This document shows positions 1 to 10,387 of a DNA stretch of 43,819 nt, in pieces. Position 1 is the first letter of the stretch; each line of letters starts with the position of its first letter. The notes under the pieces were generated by a model, which was not told the origin of the DNA, searched no databases, and saw only the letters and a program-made list of their open reading frames with translations. The stretch is from Octopus bimaculoides (Eukaryota). Location: contig NC_068998.1 in the NCBI RefSeq assembly GCF_001194135.2, positions 25,451,507 through 25,495,325 of the forward strand, in the 5' to 3' direction. The translations under genes and the position numbers were made by a program.

Positions 1-205
1 TATATATATATATATATATATATATATGTTTATGTGTGTATGTATATAAATACATATCTATACCTATCTCTCTATTCATCTATCCATCTATCAATCTATC
101 TGTTTATCTACCTATTTATCTATTTATCTACATATATATGTGTGCATGTATATGTGTATATGTACATGTGGCTGTGTGTGTCTGTATGTGTATCTGTGTG
201 TGTGA
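1..205. repeat. Compound microsatellite (TA)n/(TATC)n/(TG)n
   Basis: Directly visible short tandem repeats; they explain ORFs 34..234 and 36..290. Confidence 0.95.
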
Positions 206-1849
206 GTCTGAAGGAACGCTGCATCGAATTATAATTCGTTTTTCGTTGTTGTCCTCAAAAATCAAGCGAACTTTAGATTTACCCGTTTGAAATCTCTTCC
301 AACTGATGGTATAGTCTACCGAAATCGATATTACATAATGATCGATTTACAATGCAGTGCTGAATCTTGTTTTTTTTTAAAGTTTTCTATTGCCCAATTT
401 ACGCTGCAAATGCAATCGGGAATGCATAAAACTAACACGGACGTATATTTTCCCTTCCTTATAATGCAGATTTTGTGCTCAGTCAAATGGAATTTGCATT
501 CACAACTCGCCTCTATTCATTATTTCCTTTTTGGTAAACCGTAACAAAGCTGAATCGGTGAGTTAGTCTTGATACCGTACTGAAATTAATTTGAACGCTA
601 ATCAAAAGTAACAGAAACTATGTACATTTATATCTTTATTTTGTTATTTATTTATATTACGAATATTTTATACAGTAAAAATCAAAGCCCTAACATTCTG
701 TCCCTAATACGCTTTCAATTTCCCATTTTGTGAAATCTACTTCCTACATGTGTTGGAAAGTGTTAATGTTCTGTCCATGTTTCTGATCTATTTATATTTC
801 ATTTGAGCAGCAGATGGTGTAAACATTCAAGTAGATACAATATGTTAAATAAGCTAAAATATCATGCCTAATTCTATGTTCAATCGACGCCAATTTGGAC
901 AAAACGGGAATCACACGTTCAAACTCCATCTTACAAGGCTTCGAATATATGAAAGATATTTTTTGGAAATCTTCATATAAATATCTACACAGAAATACAA
1001 TTCGAAAGTAATAATTCACGCCCAAAATATTTTTAAAAATATACAAATATGCAATAATAAAAGAACAGGCAATAGACAGCATTTACGTATACGTACACAC
1101 ATCTCTCTCTCTCTCTCCCTCTCTCTCNNNNNNNNNNNNNNNNNNNNNNNNNNNNNNNNNNNNNNNNNNNNNNNNNNNNNNNNNNNNNNNNNNNNNNNNN
1201 NNNNNNNNNNNNNNNNNNNNNNNNNNNNNNNNNNNNNNNNNNNNNNNNNNNNNNNNNNNNNNNNNNNNNNNNNNNNNNNNNNNNNNNNNNNNNNNNNNNN
1301 NNNNNNNNNNNNNNNNNNNNNNNNNNNNNNNNNNNNNNNNNNNNNNNNNNNNNNNNNNNNNNNNNNNNNNNNNNNNNNNNNNNNNNNNNNNNNNNNNNNN
1401 NNNNNNNNNNNNNNNNNNNNNNNNTATATATATATATATATATATCCACTTCAATCTTGATGTGTAATATTTATGGTCCTGCATCTGCATTGTGATAAAT
1501 AAAAGAAAAGAAAAAAAATAGATACGATTGCATTCAGAACACAATTAATCAAGCATTAGAGACTGGCAAACGTCGAGCTGCGCGTCAATAATAATATTTC
1601 ATAAAGTCTTGCTACAGATCTGTAGTTTTACATGTTAAAGGTTTTTATGTGCAGCCCACTCAAACTATACAGCATGGTAGCCATTCAATATTTCTCCCTC
1701 AAGCGAAATACAGAGACATATAACTGAGAATGTAATGCATATAATTATTTGATGTAACACATGTAACACTAGTTTGCTAAGTGTAGCATAACATATTGAT
1801 ATGAGCCTTATATAATACAAGACATTAATGTATGTGCAAGTATCCATGT

Positions 1850-1969
1850 AGTTATGTATATATGTATATATGCATATATATACGCACATATATACATATA
1901 CTTATATATATATATATATATACATATATATATTTCTACTCATATATGCATTCATATGTATATATGTAT

Positions 1970-2025
<56 letters not shown>

Positions 2026-2807
2026 NNNNNNNNNNNNNNNNNNNNNNNNNNNNNNNNNNNNNNNNNNNNNNNNNNNNNNNNNNNNNNNNNNNNNNNNNNN
2101 NNNNNNNNNNNNNNNNNNNNNNNNNNNNNNNNNNNNNNNNNNNNNNNNNNNNNNNNNNNNNNNNNNNNNNNNNNNNNNNNNNNNNNNNNNNNNNNNNNNN
2201 NNNNNNNNNNNNNNNNNNNNNNNNNNNNNNNNNNNNNNNNNNNNNNNNNNNNNNNNNNNNNNNNNNNNNNNNNNNNNNNNNNNNNNNNNNNNNNNNNNNN
2301 NNNNNNNNNNNNNNNNNNNNNNNNNNNNNNNNNNNNNNNNNNNNNNNNNNNNNNNNNNNNNNNNNNNNNNNNNNNNNNNNNNNNNNNNNNNNNNNNNNNN
2401 NNNNNNNNNNNNNNNNNNNNNNNNNNNNNNNNNNNNNNNNNNNNNNNNNNNNNNNNNNNNNNNNNNNNNNNNNNNNNNNNNNNNNNNNNNNNNNNNNNNN
2501 NNNNNNNNNNNNNNNNNNNNNNNNNNNNNNNNNNNNNNNNNNNNNNNNNNNNNNNNNNNNNNNNNNNNNNNNNNNNNNNNNNNNNNNNNNNNNNNNNNNN
2601 NNNNNNNNNNNNNNNNNNNNNNNNNNNNNNNNNNNNNNNNNNNNNNNNNNNNNNNNNNNNNNNNNNNNNNNNNNNNNNNNNNNNNNNNNNNNNNNNNNNN
2701 NNNNNNNNNNNNNNNNNNNNNNNNNNNNNNNNNNNNNNNNNNNNNNNNNNNNNNNNNNNNNNNNNNNNNNNNNNNNNNNNNNNNNNNNNNNNNNNNNNNN
2801 NNNNNNN

Positions 2808-2851
<44 letters not shown>

Positions 2852-3114
2852 TAGATAGATAGATAGATGGTGTATATTTTTATTTATACTATACACACAC
2901 GCGTAGTCATGATGAGTGAATTCGGTTTATGTGTGTACATGCGACCCTGGGTGTGCGCGCATATATACATAAGTGTATGCATGTTTGTGTCTGTATTTGT
3001 ATGTATGTGGGTGTTTGTGTGTGTATATGTTTGCGTGTGTCTGATGTATGTATGTATATATAGAGAGAAAGACAGACAGACAGAAATACAGAGAGAGAGA
3101 GAGAGATAGACAGG

Positions 3115-3146
<32 letters not shown>

Positions 3147-3148
3147 CA
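1850..3148. repeat. Microsatellite block (TA)n, (TG)n, (GATA)n, (GA)n, (GACA)n around assembly gap 2026-2807
   Basis: Visible tandem repeats flanking the N run. Confidence 0.9.
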
Positions 3149-3809
3149 GGGTCAGTAACCCTTGCACTGTCACTATTGCGCCTTTGGAGCGTAATGTGTT
3201 AGCTGAGATATTAAAGTGCCTGACAAATGCTTTGCTTATTTGTACAATCCATTACGTTCTGCTTTCAAATCTTATCAAGGTCACATTTACACTTCCTCCC
3301 TTCCTATGTCTTTGAAATAAGACAGTACCCAAGTACCGGGATTATTGCATTGCCTAATGCGCACTCCGCAAATGTGCTGGAATATACTTATAACAGAAAT
3401 GATTTTGGCATGATTAAAAAGGCTTTTGTAATAGAATTTAAAGCAATATCTATGTGACGCTGGGTATTTAAATTCGAAGCCGGTATGCTGGTGATGGCTT
3501 GCTGCAACTGTGTTAGAAAATGGGTAAAACTGTATAATATAGTAACTTAACTAATTGATTCATTCAATATGCTGTAGAAATGACATGTATAAATCGAAGG
3601 TCATATTGTGTAAAAGTTTCATATAATCTAGTCAGTCAAAATTCATATGGGAAAACAGAAAATTTTTAAGAAACGTATCTGCAATGGTTAATGTAGGGCT
3701 GTGAAGTCAGGTAAACATTTAGTCTGCACATATAGTCACGTTATGCAAATGTTCAACTCTATTGCCATAGTAAATGGGCGTATTCTGCTTACTTTATATA
3801 TAAAAATAA

Positions 3810-3830
3810 ATATATATATATATATACATA

Positions 3831-3866
<36 letters not shown>

Positions 3867-4780
3867 NNNNNNNNNNNNNNNNNNNNNNNNNNNNNNNNNN
3901 NNNNNNNNNNNNNNNNNNNNNNNNNNNNNNNNNNNNNNNNNNNNNNNNNNNNNNNNNNNNNNNNNNNNNNNNNNNNNNNNNNNNNNNNNNNNNNNNNNNN
4001 NNNNNNNNNNNNNNNNNNNNNNNNNNNNNNNNNNNNNNNNNNNNNNNNNNNNNNNNNNNNNNNNNNNNNNNNNNNNNNNNNNNNNNNNNNNNNNNNNNNN
4101 NNNNNNNNNNNNNNNNNNNNNNNNNNNNNNNNNNNNNNNNNNNNNNNNNNNNNNNNNNNNNNNNNNNNNNNNNNNNNNNNNNNNNNNNNNNNNNNNNNNN
4201 NNNNNNNNNNNNNNNNNNNNNNNNNNNNNNNNNNNNNNNNNNNNNNNNNNNNNNNNNNNNNNNNNNNNNNNNNNNNNNNNNNNNNNNNNNNNNNNNNNNN
4301 NNNNNNNNNNNNNNNNNNNNNNNNNNNNNNNNNNNNNNNNNNNNNNNNNNNNNNNNNNNNNNNNNNNNNNNNNNNNNNNNNNNNNNNNNNNNNNNNNNNN
4401 NNNNNNNNNNNNNNNNNNNNNNNNNNNNNNNNNNNNNNNNNNNNNNNNNNNNNNNNNNNNNNNNNNNNNNNNNNNNNNNNNNNNNNNNNNNNNNNNNNNN
4501 NNNNNNNNNNNNNNNNNNNNNNNNNNNNNNNNNNNNNNNNNNNNNNNNNNNNNNNNNNNNNNNNNNNNNNNNNNNNNNNNNNNNNNNNNNNNNNNNNNNN
4601 NNNNNNNNNNNNNNNNNNNNNNNNNNNNNNNNNNNNNNNNNNNNNNNNNNNNNNNNNNNNNNNNNNNNNNNNNNNNNNNNNNNNNNNNNNNNNNNNNNNN
4701 NNNNNNNNNNNNNNNNNNNNNNNNNNNNNNNNNNNNNNNNNNNNNNNNNNNNNNNNNNNNNNNNNNNNNNNNNNNNNNNN

Positions 4781-4846
<66 letters not shown>
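3810..4846. repeat. (TA)n and (AGAT)n microsatellites around assembly gap 3867-4780
   Basis: Visible tandem repeats. The (AGAT)n tract abuts the 3' end of the PLE. Confidence 0.9.
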
Positions 4847-4847
<1 letters not shown>

Positions 4848-4849
4848 TT

Positions 4850-5260
4850 TTGTGTGAACAGGTTTTCCTTGTTTAGGCGTTCTTGTACTGAGATTGAATC
4901 TTTGCATTGGTATAATGGGAAGAATGAAAATTCGGCATTTTGTAACTTGCGCATTTATCGATATGCCCGCTCAGTGCCAGCTGCTTGTATTGAAGGAAAC
5001 GAATCTGTTCTTTATGTAGCGTGACTCTGCATCTTAAAGTGAGGCTCGTTTGGCCCTCATAATTGTGACCACAACCTGATCAGGTTTGGACATAGATAAG
5101 GTTCTGGGAAGCACATCCGAAGTTGGTCTTAATTGAAAATGTTTGTCCTTCCTGGAATGTGAATTCCGAACCTTCAATTTGGTATGGGCATGTACCACAA
5201 CTAGGTCGTCTGCATTTTTTAACCGTTGGTATCGTTTGTATTGAGTATAGCTTTGCATTT
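4850..5260 (-). pseudogene. PLE GIY-YIG endonuclease with Cys-rich linker
   Basis: Manual translation: VKKCRRPSCGTCP...NLIYVQT*SGCGHNYEGQTSLTLRCRVTLHKEQI...LSGHIDKC, then after a frameshift ERLNKENLF. This has the GIY/YIG halves, the CxxC between them (first Cys mutated to a stop), and the Arg, two His and Glu. Confidence 0.88.
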
Positions 5261-5549
5261 CTTAGGAGTCTCTTGAGTGATTTGTCTTGTCTTTTGCATT
5301 TTAGTAGTTTGTTGTGTGTATTTAGGATGCTGTTCATTTTTGGGTCTTGAGTGAGCAGAGGGAGATTTTGTATAATTGTGTTGTATGCTTCATTGTTTCT
5401 GTGGTTTTGGGTTGATATGTATGGGAGTGATTTAAGGTGAGGTGTGGTGTTTTGTTGTTCTTAGTGCGTTGGTGTCCAATTTATTGGCACATTTAATTCC
5501 ATGTTCTATAAGTGTAGGTAGGTATTGACGTTCAATGAGTGTTATTTTG

Positions 5550-6730
5550 AGTTCTTGTAGGCGAAGTTCCTGAGTGGTTGTGTTAGATACGATTATACAG
5601 ATCTTTTTTGCTAGTTTGAATGGAATATTTTTTTAGTGTGTTTAGGATCGCATGAACTGAAAAGGAGATATTGCTTTGAATCTGTTGGCCTGTAGTAAAT
5701 TTCGGTAGCAATTTCGTTGTTGGACTTTTTTTAATCGAAACATACAGAAATGGGAGCTGTTCCTTGCTATATTCCATTGTAAATTGCATATTGGGGTTTA
5801 TATTGTTCAGTGTGGATTTGAAATCCAGGCGTTTATCATAGGTTTCACTCTAGATGATAAAACAATCGTCTAGGTACCTTTTCCAGTTTTCTCATATATA
5901 GTGCTGGAATGGGGTTCCAAATTTTTGGAGTGAAAGTTCATATAGGGTAGATTCAAAGAAACCCATTATTAGGTTCGCAAGGACAGGCGCAGCATTCGTT
6001 TCCATCACAATACCACATTTTTGGCGGTAGTATGTTGTATCGAATAGGAAGTAATTGTTTTGTAAGATGAACTTCAGGGATTCAATGACAAAAGTCTGGT
6101 TTATGCGGTCCGGGAGAACTTTCGAGTATTCTTCCAGCCAGAATTTTATTGCCTCTATTCCGTAGTCATGTGGAATGTTAGTGTAGAGGCTGATGACATC
6201 GAAGGAGACTAATAGGGCTTCTTCGTTGGTGGATTTTGGTAGATACTCTAGCATGTCAAGATCGTTTCTAATGAAATCATTAATGTATTTGAGAAAAGGT
6301 TTCGATAGTATGCCCAGAAAGTTGCTTAGGCGGAGTGTTTCACATGCTGGGCCAGCAATAATAGGCCATAATTTTTAGTCTTCTTGTGTTGGGATATTTA
6401 TGTATAGACCTGTATTTGATTTGCAGGCATTAGTAATTATTTGACTCTTGTGGGTTTTAGGGAAGCCATAGAAAAGGATTCGTTTGCATTTGAAGTTTGT
6501 GGTGTATTCTTTTCTTTTTCTGTCAGGCCTTTGCGATGCTTGAGTATTAAAGTTGCAAGATTTTTTAAAGGTTTTCTTTTGCTGCCCATATTTTGCAACT
6601 TTTTCATAAAATGAATTATTTTCTAGTATGGACAATGCTAGCGTTTTATAGTATTCTGTGTCCATCACTACTACAGCACTACATTTGTCTGCTTCTTTGT
6701 CGTTTTTAGCTGTAGTAGGTTCTGCCATTG
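5550..6730 (-). pseudogene. PLE reverse transcriptase (frameshifted)
   Basis: ORFs 6375..6728, 5892..6254 and 5583..5789 are consecutive pieces. TAC CTA GAC GAT (YLDD) is the reverse complement of 5865-5876. Confidence 0.9.
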
Positions 6731-8442
6731 TATGTTGTTGAAGTTAGCTACAGTTTTCGGTGTATAGATAGTGTGAGGAAAATTCTGGATACGGTTGCAG
6801 AAGTCATCTAGAGTTTTATTCCTTCCGTTGGGTGGTAGGTAATTACTTTTGTTTGTCAGTAGTGATTCGTTATCGCTTTTGTAGTTGGTTAGTGCATCTG
6901 TCAATCGACGTTTTCTACAGAATTCTGTAATATTATCTTTAATTTCATTGGCGTTGGGTCTCCGTGGAGTAGGTGTAAATTTCAAACCTTTAGCTAAAAT
7001 ATGGATTTTTGTTGTGGAGAGACTTTTCTTAGATAAATTGATTATTTTGGGTTTCACCTGTAAGATATGTTCCAACGCGTGTCCCTGTGTCTCTCTACTC
7101 TGTCTAAAAAACATTGCTTGTTGTTATTAGGTTGGAGGGGTTCTCAGTGTTAGGGTTGCTATTGAGGGAATATTGTTGTGTGGGTGAGTTGGTTACGATT
7201 ATGTGGTGTGGGTGTTTATGTTAGAATGAGTTGTAGGTGTGTTTGGTCCAGTATGGGATGCTGTTAAATTGTTCTCTTTGTCTGGTTGAGGGATTTGTAG
7301 TTCCGAAGGTTGAATTCCTATGTTGAAGAGTAGGTAGGATCCCCTGTCCGTATCTAGCCGTGGGAGGGAAAGAATTGAAATAATAATTATTATTATTGTT
7401 ATTCCTAGTCCTGGGGTGTTTCGTACTGGTGTTTCCTATTATTGGGTGGTTCTTACTGGTATTTCTTATTAGTGGGGATACCTATTGTAAGGTTGGTGGT
7501 TGTTGACTTCCCAGTGGTGGGGTAGTTTTGTGTGTCTGTGTTGGAAGTTTGATCTGGGTGTACGATTATTGGTTTCTGTGTGTGTATTTGTTTTGGATTT
7601 TTTTAAAAAGGGGTTGTCTGAGGTGTAGTCTTTTTGAATTGAGATTCGTAGTTGAGGGAAAAATTGATATCGTTTTCTCATCGTTGTAGTGAAATAATTT
7701 CTTCCGATTCACAGTCATCTTTCCATAGTTTAATAACATTTTGTAGAAGTTGTTCGTTGGCATGTGACGTGAATTCTGTGTTCATCTCGTAATCGATCGT
7801 TTTATAGTTTTGTTCCTGATTCTTAGCTCTGAGTAAGTAATTCAATTTCTGTTCTCATTTTTCTAGCGCTAGTTTCTCTCTCTGAGCATTCTTTGTTGTT
7901 CTGGTTCATCTGGGATGAGTTTGATTTGGATATTTCGTGGCAAGATTAACAGTGTGGTGTTGATGGATTTTTCATATATGTGTGCCTATTTATTATTTTT
8001 TACCATGTTCCAGAATGAGAGTTTTCTGGTGTTGAGATTTTGGGATCAAATGTGACTAATGCGGTTTTTAACTAGGCGTGCTGAAATTGGTGTGTTTTCA
8101 TTGGGGGTGAGTGATTTTTGCTGTGTATCTTTTATGGAATTGTTTATAGAATGGTTAGTAAACAAACTGTTTAATGTAGTGCATAGTTCACTTAGATTTT
8201 GACTGACATTCTTTGTAGATGCGCTCTTTGAAAGTTTCCTAGGTCTTCTCGGGCTTGGTGGTATAGTCCATTGATTTTGTTGGTTAAAGTGACTAAATTT
8301 GTGTTGATTTCTTTTAATTCCTTAATGATGTCCTAGTTGGTAATTTTATACGATGAAGTGGAGGTAGGATTCGTAGGCATTTTGTGTACCGCGTGAAGCA
8401 AATAATAGACATATAAAAATATAGAAGATGCAAAGTTACTGA

Positions 8443-8534
8443 AGATGGCTGCTTATTGTTAGTCATTGCTTTCTCGACACTTTCAAGCAACATCTTTAAA
8501 ACAGGCTTAAGTGGATTCTTTACCATAATGTTAA
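8443..8534 (+). repeat. 92-bp direct copy of mariner internal segment 9682-9773
   Basis: Manual alignment shows one mismatch in 92 nt. Confidence 0.92.
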
Positions 8535-8656
8535 TTGCATAATTATGAGCTGAAAATATGTGGAAAAAAATATATATAAAAAGTGGAAGAGAATTGCCTT
8601 CTTTTCATATAGTTTAATATCTTTTTATAAATATATACATATATGGATGTCGTTGA

Positions 8657-8698
8657 GTCCAACCAGTTTTCGCTATTTAAATTAGCTTTTCAAGGGAC
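8657..8698 (-). ncRNA. Degenerate hammerhead-ribozyme-like motif at PLE 5' end
   Basis: Minus strand reads GTCC-CTTGAAAA-GCTA(ATTTAAA)TAGC-GAAAA-CTGG-TT-GGAC. Stems I and II pair, but the core departs from CUGANGA/GAAA. Confidence 0.5.
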
Positions 8699-8705
8699 AT
8701 TGTAT

Positions 8706-8885
8706 TATATATATATAATATAGGACAATCAGTAAGTTGTCATAATACTCAGAGTTTCAAATACTGGAGCAGAAAACGTCTAGGCATTTTTCATCTGCTA
8801 TTAACATAGCGTTCATGTCTTAATAACATAAAAAATGCCTAGAAGCTTTCTGCTCCGGTATTTAAAACTTTGAGTATTATTATGA
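8706..8885. repeat. Fold-back (palindromic) element, copy 1, truncated by 10-N gap
   Basis: Same sequence as 8936-9105 and self-complementary. Confidence 0.8.
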
Positions 8886-8935
8886 NNNNNNNNNNTATAT
8901 ATATTAATTATTATAACCAAACAATATTATATATA

Positions 8936-9133
8936 TATAATATAGGACAATCAGTAAGTTGTCATAATACTCAGAGTTTCAAATACTGGAGCAGAAAACG
9001 TCTAGGCATTTTTCATCTGCTATTAACATAGCGTTCATGTCTTAATAACATAAAAAATGCCTAGAAGCTTTCTGCTCCGGTATTTAAAACTTTGAGTATT
9101 ATTATGACAACTTACTGATTGTCCTCTATTATA
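8936..9133. repeat. Fold-back (palindromic) element, copy 2
   Basis: Arm 8936-9013 is the reverse complement of 9052-9133 with a few substitutions and one 3-nt indel. The loop is about 38 nt. Confidence 0.9.
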
Positions 9134-10387
9134 GTTGGATGGTGCAAAAGTAATATCCGATTTCTAGAAAAAATGTTTCAGAGCGAATTCATCAATTTTT
9201 TAACCTCTTCTTATAGTTTTGAGATATTTCTGTGTCTAATTTGTACTATTTTCTTTCAGATTATCTAACTCCTGGCAATAATTTTCAGAAAATGTTACCA
9301 CCATGTTTGTCCCATCTAAATATCACATAATAAATGTTTTACTCTACGAGTTTGATAAAGGTGTTACTGCAAGTGCAACAGCAAGATCTATTCAGAGCAC
9401 TTATGGGGGATGATCTAGTGAATGAAGGAGAAGGTGGTTTTCTCGTTTCCGAAGTAGTGATTTCACTTTGAAAGAGGAGCCAAAACATGGTCGTCCAAAA
9501 AAACTTCATTCCGAAATGTTGGAAGCTCTTGTTTCAGAGAACCCTACCGTTACCATTAGAGAACTTGCAGAACAGTTAAACGTGGCCCATACAACCGTGG
9601 TACGCCAGCTAAAACAAATTGGGGAGGTTTCAGTGGTTGGAAAATGTGTCCTTCATGAGCTGTCTCCAGAGAATCGACAACAGATGGCTGCTTGTTGTTA
9701 GTCATTGCTTTCTCGACACTTTCAAGCAACATCTTTAAAACAGGCTTAAGTGGATTCTTTACCATAATGTTAAACGCCGCCGTTCTTGGATCAATCGACG
9801 TCGACGGCAGTTCAACAAACGAGAGCAGGACTTCATCCAAAGAAGATCATGTTGAGTGTATGGTAGGATATCATAGGAGTAATCCATTATGAACTGTTGG
9901 ACAACAACCAAACAATTAATGCTAATCTTTACTGTGATAAACTTCGTCGTATGAAAACAGTTCTGAGCCAAAAGCGAGAATCCTCGGTTAACAGAAAGGG
10001 TGTTATCTTCTATCACGATAATGCTCGTCCTCACACAGCTCCAGTGACCAAAACTCTCTTGGAAGAATTTCGTTGGGAAATACTGCCTGATCCTCCATAT
10101 TCTCCTGAATGTGGTCCTTCTGATTACCATTTGTTCCGAAGATTACAAAACCGTTTTGATGGACGTAGGTTAACAACAAGAGAAAAGATTGAAAATGAGT
10201 TGGATTCATATTTGTTTCTAAACCTACAGAATTTTACAAACGAGGCATTTATAGGTTTGTTGAAAGATAGAATGAGGTCATTGAAAGCAATAGAGATTAA
10301 GTTAATGAATAAATATTTCCGGAATATATTGGCTACCTCATTCTTAATTAGACCTTTAAATCGGACACTACTTTTGCACCAACTTGA
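9134..10387 (+). mobile_element. Mariner (DD34D) DNA transposon, full length, inactive
   Basis: TIR core TGGTGCAAAAGTAnTnTCCGATTT at 9140-9163 and inverted at 10358-10381, with TA at 9132-9133 and 10388-10389. The element is 1254 bp with a transposase relic inside. Confidence 0.93.
9303..10310 (+). pseudogene. Mariner transposase pseudogene
   Basis: HTH region (GRPKKL...TIRELAEQLNVAHTTVVRQL), HELS, HPKKIMLSVW*D and YHDNARPH...PPYSP...PSDYHLF, with 34 residues between the last two Asp. There are several stops and frameshifts, and the first catalytic Asp (TGDEKW) is lost. Confidence 0.92.

Larger units (their letters stand above)
4846..8700 (-). mobile_element. Near full-length decayed Penelope-like retroelement (Neptune-type)
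   Basis: Minus-strand frameshifted segments give an N-terminal region from an ATG at 8380 (MPTNPTSTSSYKITN*DIIKELKEINTNL) and RT motifs (LLVSFDVISLYTNIPH; YRQKCGIVMETNAAPVLANLIMG; WKRYLDDCF at 5865-5876). They continue into a thumb region, a KCRRPSCGTC linker and a GIY-YIG domain. A hammerhead-like relic sits at the 5' end. Confidence 0.9.

Noticed and set aside
1033-4954. Long ORFs of 138-386 aa in the track (also near 10124-10622, 13297-13716, 25070-25585, 28689-29407, 34396-35205)
   Set aside because: They stay open only because they cross N gaps and dinucleotide repeats (YI, CV, TH runs).
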